From assembly GCA_016181885.1 (NCBI GenBank), contig JACOYJ010000001.1:2792-66791 (forward strand): 64,000 nt of DNA, written 5' to 3'. The notes under the pieces were generated by a model. The model was not told the origin of the DNA. It worked only from the letters and a program-made list of their open reading frames with translations, and made no database searches. The DNA is from Candidatus Pacearchaeota archaeon (GTDB taxonomy: Archaea; Nanobdellota; Nanobdellia; Pacearchaeales; GW2011-AR1). The position numbers and the translations under genes were made by a program. Positions 8,495 through 18,226 of this stretch are shown here, one piece after another; positions within the stretch are counted from its first letter, which is position 1; every line of letters starts with the position of its first letter.

Positions 8495-9961
8495 ATGTCG
8501 CGTGAAGAACAAATAATCAACGAAAGGCTGAGAAAGATTGATGAGCTGAAAAAGAAAGGAATTGACCCTTACCCACATAAGTTTGAGAAAAAACATACTT
8601 CCAGTCAGTCGCTAAAATCAAAGCTAGGAACTAAGGTTGTAACTGCAGGGAGAATTATGACAAAAAGGAATATTGGAAAGATTATCTTCTCTAACTTAAG
8701 GGACCATACAGGAGATATTCAAATTGTTTTACAGGAAGGAGAAACTCCATCTAAGTCAATTGAATTTTTTAAGAGATATATTGATGTTGGGGATTTTGTT
8801 GGAATAGAAGGAAGGGTTTTCAAGACAAAAACAAAACAAACCTCAATTCTTGTTGATAAATTAACAATATTAAGCAAGAGCATTCTTCCTCTGCCTGAAA
8901 AATTCCACGGCTTGCAAGACAAGGAAGAAAGATACCGAAAAAGGTATCTCGATTTAGTTATGAATCCAGAGGTAAAGTTAGTTTTTGAGAAGAGAACTAA
9001 AATATTGAATGCCATAAGAGAATTCATGGATTCAAGGCAATTTGAAGAAGTTGATACGCCTTATTTGCAAGGCGTTTATGGGGGAGCAAATGCAAGGCCT
9101 TTCAAAACACACTTAAATGCTTTAGATATTGATTTATTTTTATCCATTTCTCCGGAATTATACTTAAAAAGATTAATTGTCGGGGGATACGATAGAGTTT
9201 ACACTATTGCAAGAAATTTCAGAAACGAGGGAATTGATAGATGGCATAATCCTGAATTTACAATGATGGAAGTTTATGCAGCTTATTGGGATTATAATGA
9301 CATGATGGAGCTAGTTGAAGATATATTTGTTTATGTTTGCAAAAAAGTAAATGGCTCTACTAAAGTTAAATTTAGGGATAAAGAAATTGATTTCAAAAAA
9401 CCTTGGAAGAGAATGACGATGGTTCAGGCAATAAAAAAATACGCAGAAATTGATGTTGAGAAAAAATCTGACAAAGAACTTTTAGATTTTATGAAGAAAA
9501 ATAACATTGAGAAAAAAGGCGACAGTTGGGGTTGGCATGTTCAGAGCATTTTTGAGCATTTCTGCGAGGATAAGCTAGAACAGCCAATATTTATAACAGA
9601 TCATCCTTTGGAGACAACTCCTTTATGCAAACTTCATAGGAATGATAAATCATGCAGGTTTATTGAAAGGTTTGAGCCTTTCTGCATGGGGGCTGAGTTG
9701 GGAAATGCTTATTCTGAGCTTAATAATCCAATATTGCAAAAAGAACTTCTCCAAGAACAGCAAAAAGAGCTTTCAAAGGGAAATGAAGAAGCCAATCCTT
9801 ATGACGAGGATTTTGTGAATGCTTTGGAAATTGGAATGCCTCCAACTGGCGGGCTGGGGGTTGGAATCGATAGAATGATAATGCTTCTTACAGGACAAGA
9901 TTCAATAAGAGATGTCTTGCTGTTTCCTTTTATGAAGCCGGAGACTGATGAGAAGAAATAA
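8495..9961 (+). CDS. lysS: Lysyl-tRNA synthetase, class II
   Basis: N-terminal OB anticodon-binding region; class II motifs FRNEG, EFTMMEVY, GGLGVGIDRMIMLLTG. Confidence 0.92.
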   Translation: MSREEQIINERLRKIDELKKKGIDPYPHKFEKKHTSSQSLKSKLGTKVVTAGRIMTKRNIGKIIFSNLRDHTGDIQIVLQEGETPSKSIEFFKRYIDVGDFVGIEGRVFKTKTKQTSILVDKLTILSKSILPLPEKFHGLQDKEERYRKRYLDLVMNPEVKLVFEKRTKILNAIREFMDSRQFEEVDTPYLQGVYGGANARPFKTHLNALDIDLFLSISPELYLKRLIVGGYDRVYTIARNFRNEGIDRWHNPEFTMMEVYAAYWDYNDMMELVEDIFVYVCKKVNGSTKVKFRDKEIDFKKPWKRMTMVQAIKKYAEIDVEKKSDKELLDFMKKNNIEKKGDSWGWHVQSIFEHFCEDKLEQPIFITDHPLETTPLCKLHRNDKSCRFIERFEPFCMGAELGNAYSELNNPILQKELLQEQQKELSKGNEEANPYDEDFVNALEIGMPPTGGLGVGIDRMIMLLTGQDSIRDVLLFPFMKPETDEKK

Positions 9962-9984
9962 AAAGGGAGAAAATTTATATTAAT

Positions 9985-10371
9985 ATGGAGAAATATAAGA
10001 TAATTCATTTAACAAACACGATTATTTTTTTAATACTAATACCTATTGGACTATTTTTATTATTTCGGTCTTTTTTTATATTTAATCCCATAGTGATAAT
10101 TATCGCTCTATTAATGATAACAACGTTAATACTTTGCTTTTCTGCATTTAAAAAATGTAATTTAAATAACAAATTTTTTAAGACATCTTTTATAATAAAT
10201 TTGTTTATTATTCTAATAATAATTATCCCTATCTTATTGGGAGGAGTTTCTGAAGGAGAAAGTGGCTTTATCGTCATGTTCATATTATACTACCTTGGAA
10301 TTCCGGTATTAATTACTACCTCCTCGATATTAATTTTGATTGGTTACTTCAAGAATAGAATAAAAAATTAA
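9985..10371 (+). CDS. Hypothetical membrane protein
   Basis: 128 aa, four hydrophobic segments. Confidence 0.5.
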   Translation: MEKYKIIHLTNTIIFLILIPIGLFLLFRSFFIFNPIVIIIALLMITTLILCFSAFKKCNLNNKFFKTSFIINLFIILIIIIPILLGGVSEGESGFIVMFILYYLGIPVLITTSSILILIGYFKNRIKN

Positions 10372-10430
10372 AACCCATACTTCTTCAGTTTTTCCCTCAT
10401 TTTAAAATTTATGCGATGGAACTTCACATC
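10368..10430 (-). pseudogene. Truncated paralogous fragment of the 3' end of the 11797..11997 gene
   Basis: Own translation: DVKFHRINFKMREKLKKYGF*, compared with ...DVGLEFYNMNLKMREKLKKYGV* at 11797..11865. Stop codons lie upstream of the fragment. Confidence 0.5.
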
Positions 10431-10474
10431 AATTATAATCTTATTTTAAGGCAGTTTTTTAGTGCTAATTAATA

Positions 10475-11785
10475 ATGAAAACATTTATAAACAAGTGCTC
10501 ATTGATAATGAGCATGATAAATAATCAAGACCTGCGGAGAATCGTCTTAAAGCAGAAAGAAGAAATAGAAAAATTAGATGGAGCTATAAAAAGAGATATT
10601 TTAGATGAAATACTAAATTGGTTTAAAGATAATAGAGTAATAATTCTTACAGGCATTAGGCGATGCGGAAAATCAACATTATTAAGGCAAATAATGAATC
10701 AAAAGAAAAACTATTGCTATGTAAATTTTGAAGATGAAAGATTCTTAGATTTTAAAGCTCAGGACTTTGAAAAATTAAATGAAATTCTAATTGAAATTTA
10801 CAACAACCCTAAAATTTATTTTTTTGATGAAGTGCAAAATATAGACAAATTTGAAACTTTTGTTAGAAGACTGCAAGATGAAGGAAAAAAGGTCGTTATT
10901 ACCGGAAGCAATGCTTCTTTATTAAGCAAAGAATTTGGAACAAGGCTTACAGGAAGATATAAGCTATTTGAAATATACCCTTTTTCATTTTCTGAGTATC
11001 TCCTATTTAAAAATGTTGAAATTGAAAAAAACTGGAGTTATAAAACACAAAAAAGAGTGGAAATAAAAAAAGCTTTTAATGAATATCTTGAAGAAGGGGG
11101 ATTTCCAGAATATCTTAAAACAAAAGATAAAGAATATATAAAAAACGTTTTCGATAACATATTGTATAAAGATGTAATAGCAAGATATGCAATTAAGAAA
11201 CAAAAAGTAATAAAAGAATTAATAAGCATTTTGGCAACGAACATTTCTTCAACATTCACATACAATTCAATAAAAACAGCTCTTAATCTGGGAAATTCAA
11301 TAACAGTAAAAGAGTACATATATTATTTAGCTAATTCATACTTCTTATTTGAATTGCCCAAGTTTGATTTTTCTTTAAGAAAATCTCTGAATGCTCCAAA
11401 AAAAGCATACTTAATTGACACCGCATTCAACCAAATAACTGGATTTAACTTCTCTCCAAATGTTGGAAAGAATCTTGAAAATGTTGTTTTTATAGAACTC
11501 AAAAGAAGAAGAAAAGAGGTTTATTATTTTTCTGAAAAAAACGAATGTGATTTTGTTATAAAAGATGGCTCACATATTATACTTGCTATCCAAGTTTGCT
11601 ATGACTTAAATAAAGATAATAGAGACAGAGAAGTGAAAGGATTATTAGCGGCATTAAATAATTTCAAGCTGAAAGATGGGTTTATTATAACTTCTGATCA
11701 AGAAGAAAATTTTGAGCAGGAAGGGAAAAAAATAAAAGTGATGCCTGTATGGAAATGGCTTTTAGAATACAAATCTCAGCCATAA
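10475..11785 (+). CDS. AAA-type ATPase (COG1373-like: AAA domain + DUF4143-like C-terminus)
   Basis: Walker A GIRRCGKST; Walker B YFFDEVQ; length and C-terminal region typical of the archaeal COG1373 ATPases. Confidence 0.75.
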   Translation: MKTFINKCSLIMSMINNQDLRRIVLKQKEEIEKLDGAIKRDILDEILNWFKDNRVIILTGIRRCGKSTLLRQIMNQKKNYCYVNFEDERFLDFKAQDFEKLNEILIEIYNNPKIYFFDEVQNIDKFETFVRRLQDEGKKVVITGSNASLLSKEFGTRLTGRYKLFEIYPFSFSEYLLFKNVEIEKNWSYKTQKRVEIKKAFNEYLEEGGFPEYLKTKDKEYIKNVFDNILYKDVIARYAIKKQKVIKELISILATNISSTFTYNSIKTALNLGNSITVKEYIYYLANSYFLFELPKFDFSLRKSLNAPKKAYLIDTAFNQITGFNFSPNVGKNLENVVFIELKRRRKEVYYFSEKNECDFVIKDGSHIILAIQVCYDLNKDNRDREVKGLLAALNNFKLKDGFIITSDQEENFEQEGKKIKVMPVWKWLLEYKSQP

Positions 11786-11796
11786 AAAACATAATC

Positions 11797-11997
11797 TTAA
11801 ACACCGTATTTCTTCAATTTTTCCCGCATTTTGAGATTCATATTGTAGAATTCTAAGCCAACATCTGACTTTTTCTTCAAATGACTTATTATTTCATTGA
11901 CGCTGAATTCTTCATTGAAAACAAAAAGACACTTTTCATCTTTATTCATTATCTTTCCAAGTTCTTGGATTATTTCTTGGGTAATTTTATCATCCAT
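11797..11997 (-). CDS. Hypothetical small protein
   Basis: 66-aa ORF; its C-terminal 21 codons are duplicated at 10368..10430. Confidence 0.4.
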   Translation of the reverse strand: MDDKITQEIIQELGKIMNKDEKCLFVFNEEFSVNEIISHLKKKSDVGLEFYNMNLKMREKLKKYGV

Positions 11998-12205
11998 AAA
12001 GTTCCCTGTAGAAAAAAGTATATAAATGTTGTTAATACTTTATTGATTATGAAAACTAAAGCTGTTAAAACAATAGACAAAACACTTTTTATAGATAGAA
12101 ATTTATCTGATAAGGAAGCGGAGGATCTAATAAATATTATTTTAGAGTCAAGAAAAGAAAAAGGTTTTAGGGAATAATTTTAATCAAAAACTAAAAATAT
12201 TAAAA

Positions 12206-12790
12206 ATGGAAAAACTTTCAATATCAAGACAAGAAGCACTAGAGTTAGTTAAAAAATATAATTCTGACGAGAGAGATTTAATTCATTACTTAGAAAGCGA
12301 AGCAATTATGAGAGAGGTTGCTTCTAAATTAGGCGAAGATGTTGGATATTGGGGTATGCTTGGACTTTTGCATGATATTGATTGGGGGTTGACTAAAGAA
12401 GACGTTTCAAGCCATTTAACTAAAGCTCCTAGATTGCTGAAAGAAGCTGGATTTGATGATGAATTTATAAGTGCGGTATTAAGTCATGGATATGATTATG
12501 AAGAATTGCCTCATTTAAAAGACAAGAAGAGAATAAAGAAAATAGAATTTGCTTTGGCTGCTTCTGAAACGCTGACAGGATTAATTCATGCTTATGCCTT
12601 AATGCGTGGTGGAAAAATTTCTGATATGGGAGTCGCGGGACTTAGAAAGAAATTCAAGGACAAGGCTTTTGCAGCGGGCTGTGACAGAGAAATTATTAAA
12701 GAAGCTGAAAACTTTATGAATTTTGATGAGTTTTTGCAGTGCGGAATAGAAGGAATTAAAAAGATAAAAGAGAAAGCTGGATTATGCTAA
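12206..12790 (+). CDS. HD-domain phosphohydrolase
   Basis: LGLLHDIDW (HD motif), SHGYD, about 190 aa. Confidence 0.7.
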   Translation: MEKLSISRQEALELVKKYNSDERDLIHYLESEAIMREVASKLGEDVGYWGMLGLLHDIDWGLTKEDVSSHLTKAPRLLKEAGFDDEFISAVLSHGYDYEELPHLKDKKRIKKIEFALAASETLTGLIHAYALMRGGKISDMGVAGLRKKFKDKAFAAGCDREIIKEAENFMNFDEFLQCGIEGIKKIKEKAGLC

Positions 12791-13135
12791 AGCTGCCTTT
12801 AACCTTTCTATCGAGGGAGGATTACTTGCCCGATACCTAAATCCTTCACTATAAGAAAAATGCGCAATATCGTAAGCTAATTTTTCTAATGGTTTGGATA
12901 AATTGGCACTGGTTACAAGGCTTACAATATTGTCTTGATAATTTGCCCTATACATCCTAGCATAAGTCGGATCATCACTATCCAATTTTTCTCCAATAGC
13001 ATATCCATCTTCAGCGCTCATTAATAATTTGGCGAATAATTCCTTGCTTTTAGAATCAATGGCTTGAAAACTTAACCCTTTAACTAATTCATCTACAGAT
13101 AAATTAGACAATAACGATACGTTAAACCTTCCCAT
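12782..13135 (-). CDS. Hypothetical protein
   Basis: 117-aa ORF; no recognised motif. Confidence 0.4.
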   Translation of the reverse strand: MGRFNVSLLSNLSVDELVKGLSFQAIDSKSKELFAKLLMSAEDGYAIGEKLDSDDPTYARMYRANYQDNIVSLVTSANLSKPLEKLAYDIAHFSYSEGFRYRASNPPSIERLKAALA

Positions 13136-13253
13136 GAAAAATTTATAGATTTATGGTTTAATAAGATTGTTGTGTTTGACATGAACCAGCTAAATGCAAT
13201 CCCCTTAGCAATGGCGGATATGACCCGGTTGCTTAATGTTCATTGCTCTCGCT

Positions 13254-13649
13254 CTATGGAAAATGTCTTTTAGGCCTTTCCTGTTTTGGAAAAGCTCTCC
13301 TTGATTCTTTTGCTTGTTCTGTTTGCGGCTTTATTGAGCCTCGCCTTTCAGCTTTTGGCGAATGTGGAAAGGCTGGCTTATTTGGTGCATACTGAAAAGC
13401 GCTTTGATTATGATAATTTTGATATCTAAATTCTAAAAAATACCTATCATAATAGTAATTTGGATAATGACAATTATAACCAGGCCACCCGTATTCTAAT
13501 ATCAATATTGGTGGGACATTCTTAGGATGTTCGTGATAAACAACTCTTGGCCTTACATGTCTTTGAGTATAAACAGAAACTGCGCATCCGCTTGTTAGCA
13601 AAGAAGCGCTAACAATGGCCCCTAACGCTAAATTGACTAGTTTATTCAT
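13254..13649 (-). CDS. Putative lipoprotein (Tyr/Pro/His-rich)
   Basis: N-terminus MNKLVNLALGAIVSASLLTSGC has a lipobox-like LTSGC. Confidence 0.5.
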   Translation of the reverse strand: MNKLVNLALGAIVSASLLTSGCAVSVYTQRHVRPRVVYHEHPKNVPPILILEYGWPGYNCHYPNYYYDRYFLEFRYQNYHNQSAFQYAPNKPAFPHSPKAERRGSIKPQTEQAKESRRAFPKQERPKRHFP

Positions 13650-13699
13650 ATTTTATCATAGTGAACAAAGTTTATATATTTTGAGTTTTTTGTATAATA

Positions 13700-13885
13700 A
13701 TGGGATTAATAATAAAATCAAATATAAGAAAGGTTGTCAAGGAATTGGATAAGGAAAATTCAATAGGAAGCGTCGCTGATGAAGTTGAAACTTCTTTAGA
13801 AAGAAAATTCGAAGATGTTTTAAGAGATGCGATAAAGCGAGCAAAAGCGAATAAAAGAAGAACCATGTTGGCGAGAGATTTGTGA
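13700..13885 (+). CDS. Small histone-fold-like (DUF1931-like) protein
   Basis: 61 aa; ...VLRDAIKRAKANKRRTMLARDL resembles the histone-fold C-terminal helix (A...A...gRKT....D). Confidence 0.45.
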   Translation: MGLIIKSNIRKVVKELDKENSIGSVADEVETSLERKFEDVLRDAIKRAKANKRRTMLARDL

Positions 13886-13894
13886 GCGTATAAA

Positions 13895-14064
13895 GTAAAC
13901 CCACAATTTTAACATAAAAGATTACTCACTCCTATCGTCGTGTATTTTATTATTAACAATTAACAGCAAATCTGCGAATGAAATGAGCAGGTAATTATCT
14001 TTATTATTTATAGATTGTTTAAGGAATTAAACTATGAAATGATGACCATGAACTTGACTTAACA
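13895..14064 (+). repeat. Intergenic repeat family, short copy A (about 170 bp)
   Basis: Aligns along its whole length with 36932..37101. Its ends match the two ends of the reverse complement of 45951..46408. Confidence 0.85.
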
Positions 14065-14104
14065 GAGTGGTTAGATTTTTATAGTTTTATTTACTTCTTA
14101 GATT

Positions 14105-14560
14105 ATGACGAAAAAAAATTCCAAGCGAGGTAAAAAAGCACGTGCTTCGGGGGTTAGGTTCGAACTGAAGGTTCGGCAGAATCTTGAAAGCATGGGCTGG
14201 ATTGTGTCAAAGTGGATGAACACAGTAGACAAAGACAAGACAAACATTTTAAGACTTATGCCTGCTAAGAGAAAATACAACCCATTCTTTAAAGTTCTTG
14301 GAATTGGCACCGGGTTTCCGGACTTTGTTGCTTTCAAAAAAGTTAAAAAGTTTGTTGATGCAGATGGGACTGAAAATGATGTCGGATATGAGGTGATAGG
14401 AATTGAAGTTAAGGCAAATGGCTATCTTGACAAAATCGAGAAAGACATGTGTTCTTGGCTTTTAGAAAATAAGATATTCTCAAGAATCTTGATTGCCAAG
14501 AAAAGCAAGGAAAGAGGGAAGATCGATTATGTGGATTTCGGGAAAAAATATAAGTTATAG
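14105..14560 (+). CDS. PD-(D/E)XK nuclease, Holliday-junction-resolvase (Hjc)-like
   Basis: G.RFE..VRQNLESMGW.V.K ... GFPDFVAF ... VIGIEVKA matches the Hjc-type layout (E...D...E.K) with a larger insert. Confidence 0.5.
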   Translation: MTKKNSKRGKKARASGVRFELKVRQNLESMGWIVSKWMNTVDKDKTNILRLMPAKRKYNPFFKVLGIGTGFPDFVAFKKVKKFVDADGTENDVGYEVIGIEVKANGYLDKIEKDMCSWLLENKIFSRILIAKKSKERGKIDYVDFGKKYKL

Positions 14561-14611
14561 TATATTTATAGCAACAATAATCATTATAAGCAAAGTTAAT
14601 CAAGAATAAAG

Positions 14612-15340
14612 ATGAGCAATAATTATAATATTCCTTTTAGAAAAATACTCTTATTTTTTATATTAACAATATCGTTGGTTTCTCAAATTTCTGCAATAAT
14701 TATAAGCGAGATAGAGATAAATCCAGCGAACGGCAAAACCGGAAAAGAGTGGGTGGAAATTTACAACGACGAAAATAAAGACATCGATATTTCTGGATGG
14801 AGTTTATGGGATGGATTAACAAGCGAAAAAAAGAGGTACACTTTTCCAGAAAACACGGAAATAAAAGAGGGGGATTTTTATGTCGTTGAATTCAGCAATG
14901 TTCTTAATAATGGCGGAGATTTTGTAATTTTTAAGGATGATAATGGAAAAATTAAAGATAAAACGGAAAACCTAAAAGAAGAGTCGGCTTCTTCAAAGAC
15001 ATGGCAATTCTGCAACGGAGAATGGATTTTCGATGAACAAACAAAGGAAAATGATAATGAATGCAAAAAAGAAAGTAATGATGAAGAATCAAATGCAGGG
15101 AACAATGTTAATGAAACTAACGATGAAGAAGATAATAATTATACCGGTGAAGAAATAAAAAATATAAACGCTCCTAAATCACTCAGCCCGATAAAACTTG
15201 GGGCAAAAACTATAAAAAGCGAAGAAAACAAAGAATTACCAATCAAGAAATATGCAATTTATGGTTTAATTGGCTTTGGAATTTTGATATCATTATTGCT
15301 TTTCTTCAGGAATAAAAAATATAAAACAGAATTCAAATAA
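14612..15340 (+). CDS. Membrane-anchored lamin-tail-domain (LTD) protein
   Basis: N-terminal signal/TM segment; IISEIEINPANGKTGKEWVEIYNDENKDIDISGWSL...FPENTEIKEGDFYVV is an LTD signature. Followed by an acidic linker and a C-terminal TM helix with a basic tail. Confidence 0.65.
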   Translation: MSNNYNIPFRKILLFFILTISLVSQISAIIISEIEINPANGKTGKEWVEIYNDENKDIDISGWSLWDGLTSEKKRYTFPENTEIKEGDFYVVEFSNVLNNGGDFVIFKDDNGKIKDKTENLKEESASSKTWQFCNGEWIFDEQTKENDNECKKESNDEESNAGNNVNETNDEEDNNYTGEEIKNINAPKSLSPIKLGAKTIKSEENKELPIKKYAIYGLIGFGILISLLLFFRNKKYKTEFK

Positions 15341-15778
15341 ATGGAAAATAAAATAGAGGCTATGCTTGTTTTTGAAGCGCTTGGAAAGCCAAAAGAGCAT
15401 TTAACTGGTTTCTTGAACGAACTTGTGAAAAAAATCGGCGAAGAGAAAGGAGTAAAAATTATCAGCAATAATTTAAGCGAGCCGATTTTGGCTAAGGATC
15501 AAAAAGAAATTTACACCAGCTTTGCAGAGCTTGAGCTATCACTGGACAAAATCCAAACACTAGTAATGATAATATTCAAATACATGCCGGCCCACATAGA
15601 TATTTCTTACCCGGAAAAAGTTTCAATGAATAATCATGAGTGGAATGAAGTTGTCAATGAAATCGTCAGGAGGCTTCATGCTTACGATGAGGTTGCAAGA
15701 GTCATGCAGATGGAAAGAATGGTTTTGGAGAATAAACTAAAGGAGATGTTGAAGAAGCTTAAGGATACCAATAAGTAG
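15341..15778 (+). CDS. Hypothetical protein; ATG immediately follows the stop of the LTD gene
   Basis: 145-aa ORF; the upstream stop codon abuts its ATG. Confidence 0.45.
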   Translation: MENKIEAMLVFEALGKPKEHLTGFLNELVKKIGEEKGVKIISNNLSEPILAKDQKEIYTSFAELELSLDKIQTLVMIIFKYMPAHIDISYPEKVSMNNHEWNEVVNEIVRRLHAYDEVARVMQMERMVLENKLKEMLKKLKDTNK

Positions 15779-16142
15779 ATTTTATAATTTTGTCGCTTAC
15801 GCGAGATTTATTATGGTTAACCAAATATTCTTGCCAAAATGTTGAGATGGGGTATAATGATAGAATTTTATTATTAATAGTAAATTACCTGGGAAGATGG
15901 TAATTGGTAAACTTTATCCTTATTTTAATAAACATTGCCCCTATCAAACCTATTAACCAAAGTATTGCCCAAAATTAATTACATCAACTATAGCAAAGAG
16001 CATTAATATTCTACCAAAATATATTTGACATTTAATTTATCTAAACTTATCCTAGACAAATATCCCGATAACGCCATCTCTCACATTTTTTCTATAGTTA
16101 TGTCTTCGGTAAATGGTTAAAAATTTATGTCTTCTATTATAT

Positions 16143-16212
16143 ATTTCACTTTGTTAAATGAGTTAATGTAATTAATAATGCAGATTAATAATGCAGATTA
16201 ACAAAGTGAAAT
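16143..16212. repeat. Perfect 15-bp inverted repeat enclosing a 13-bp tandem duplication
   Basis: ATTTCACTTTGTTAA (16143-16157) pairs with TTAACAAAGTGAAAT (16198-16212). The loop contains TTAATAATGCAGA x2 (16172-16197). It lies 13 nt beyond the stop of the 642-aa gene. Confidence 0.8.
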
Positions 16213-16224
16213 TCTGTATTAATC

Positions 16225-18153
16225 CTAGAACCCCCCACCGCCAATCTTAGCAAGATTTGGAGGCATTCTTCTTGTTCTTTTGTATTTTATATAGAAGAAA
16301 ACAAGTATAATAAACAAAAACCCTATTAACAGCCAGCCGACAATTTTTGAGCCTCCGCCAGACGGCTCTTTAGAGCATCTTGCAAGACAACAAGCGCTAC
16401 CTCCAAGGCTAACTGAAGTACCGTTGCAATACTGGTCGCTTAAACATCTTGTCCCGTTAATTTCCGGGCATGTTCTCGTTGAGTTTCTCTGCGGCAAATC
16501 ATCCTTCTCGACGCACTCGCCATTATCGCATTCTTCATCTGCCCTGCAATTCCTGTCATACTTGCATTCATCGCCTTTTTCAATGCATGTTCTTTTTACG
16601 CATCTTTCACTTGATGTGCAATTGGAATTTGAAGTGCATTCTATAATCTCTTCTGGGGGATAGCATTGATTGTTTACACATTCCCAAAATTCACGTGTGC
16701 AATCAAAATTGCTGGCGCATTCTGCTTCGCCAATGCAGAATCCAGAAGCGCATTCGTATCCGTAAGCGCAGTTTTCATCTTCAGTGCATTCGTTTCCAAC
16801 TTTTAAAGAGCAGAAGTCATTCTTACATTCCATTAGTGAGCTGTTGCAATCGCTGTTCTTTGAACAGCTCTGGCCAATAAAGATGCACTTATCATTAATA
16901 CAATCGTATCCTGGCTGGCAATCTTTTTTATATGCGCACTCCGGCTTAGGCACGCAAATTCCGTCATCGCACGTGTAATTGCTTGGGCAACTTTTGAAGA
17001 ACGAGCATGTTATTACTCCCGTGTTATTTGAAGGGTTATTTTGAACTATATTGTTAAAACACTTTGAAGTATTAAAAACACATAAGTTTGAACAGCTTAA
17101 TGTCCCATTATCAAATCCCCAATTTACACATCCGGTTATTCCCCCCCAATTATTTAAATCGCATAGTTCTCCTGGATTTATTATTGAATTTCCGCAAGGA
17201 ATGTCTTCCGGCTCCGGGTTTGGAGTTGTGCATTTATTTTGATAGCAAATCTGCCCTTGAAAGCAAGCAGTGGATTCTGTTGCAATAGTGCATTCTACCG
17301 TTGATGCAGTATAACAATTTGATAAATCAATTTTACATTCTTCGGTTGTTCCTGGAGCGTTGCATGAAATGCTTCCAGAGTTAAATCCATAAGATGAACA
17401 TCCGCTTATTGGCCCGAAATCATTTACATCGCAAGTTTCTCCGGCAACATTAATATCTCCATCCCCGCAATAAAATTGTTCTGGAGACGGCGGATTGGTT
17501 CCATTGGTATTATTATTTGTGTTGTTTGTTGGCTTTGGAACAACTGTAATCTGCAATGGAATTAAATAGCTCAATCCGGAACTTGAAAGAGTCATCGCGC
17601 TAATTATCGATTCTGTCAAACCACTTATATCAAATGCGAATGAATTTGTCTGCCCCGCACTTAATGAAATCTGAGAAGTTGAAATTCCCGAAGGCGAAGA
17701 TGATTGAATGTCTAGCGAATAATCTTTAAGATTTTGAATAGAGATTATGAAATTCTTGTTTGCTGTTAAAAAACCTGGATTTACCGAGAATGGGGCTAAT
17801 TCCTGAGTTATTGTGAAGTTTTTGGCAATTTCATTGCTCGTAATTAAACCATTTTCATAATACCTTGCATTTTTTATTTTTATAGTATAATTTCCCGAAG
17901 ACTTTCCAACAAGAGAAGCCTTTAAATAATAATCACCGCCTACTTTTCCAACATCGTAGCTCATGGGAATTTTTATATAACCATCTCTATAAAAAAATAA
18001 ATTAGACTCTAGTATAGAATCGTAAAAATTTCCTGATATTTTAGCAATTATTGTTTCGCCTTGGGAATAAGATTGTTTTGTATCTATTGTTGCCGAAGAG
18101 ATTAGAGGGGTTATTGATAAAATGCATAAAATAAACAACACTCTTTTTTCCAT
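16225..18153 (-). CDS. Cysteine-rich, sequon-rich type-I membrane surface protein (642 aa)
   Basis: Signal peptide; two CGDG/CGN..i.pGE.CD units resembling the Myxococcus-type Cys-rich repeat; at least 8 short C..D.DC..GY.C..G.C modules; many N-x-S/T sequons; C-terminal TM helix followed by KYKRTRR. Confidence 0.7.
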   Translation of the reverse strand: MEKRVLFILCILSITPLISSATIDTKQSYSQGETIIAKISGNFYDSILESNLFFYRDGYIKIPMSYDVGKVGGDYYLKASLVGKSSGNYTIKIKNARYYENGLITSNEIAKNFTITQELAPFSVNPGFLTANKNFIISIQNLKDYSLDIQSSSPSGISTSQISLSAGQTNSFAFDISGLTESIISAMTLSSSGLSYLIPLQITVVPKPTNNTNNNTNGTNPPSPEQFYCGDGDINVAGETCDVNDFGPISGCSSYGFNSGSISCNAPGTTEECKIDLSNCYTASTVECTIATESTACFQGQICYQNKCTTPNPEPEDIPCGNSIINPGELCDLNNWGGITGCVNWGFDNGTLSCSNLCVFNTSKCFNNIVQNNPSNNTGVITCSFFKSCPSNYTCDDGICVPKPECAYKKDCQPGYDCINDKCIFIGQSCSKNSDCNSSLMECKNDFCSLKVGNECTEDENCAYGYECASGFCIGEAECASNFDCTREFWECVNNQCYPPEEIIECTSNSNCTSSERCVKRTCIEKGDECKYDRNCRADEECDNGECVEKDDLPQRNSTRTCPEINGTRCLSDQYCNGTSVSLGGSACCLARCSKEPSGGGSKIVGWLLIGFLFIILVFFYIKYKRTRRMPPNLAKIGGGGF

Positions 18154-18226
18154 TAATTAAATAAAGCAAGTGGATTAATAAAGTTTTATGAGAAAAGTAT
18201 ATAAAGAATATTCATATCAAAGAGGT

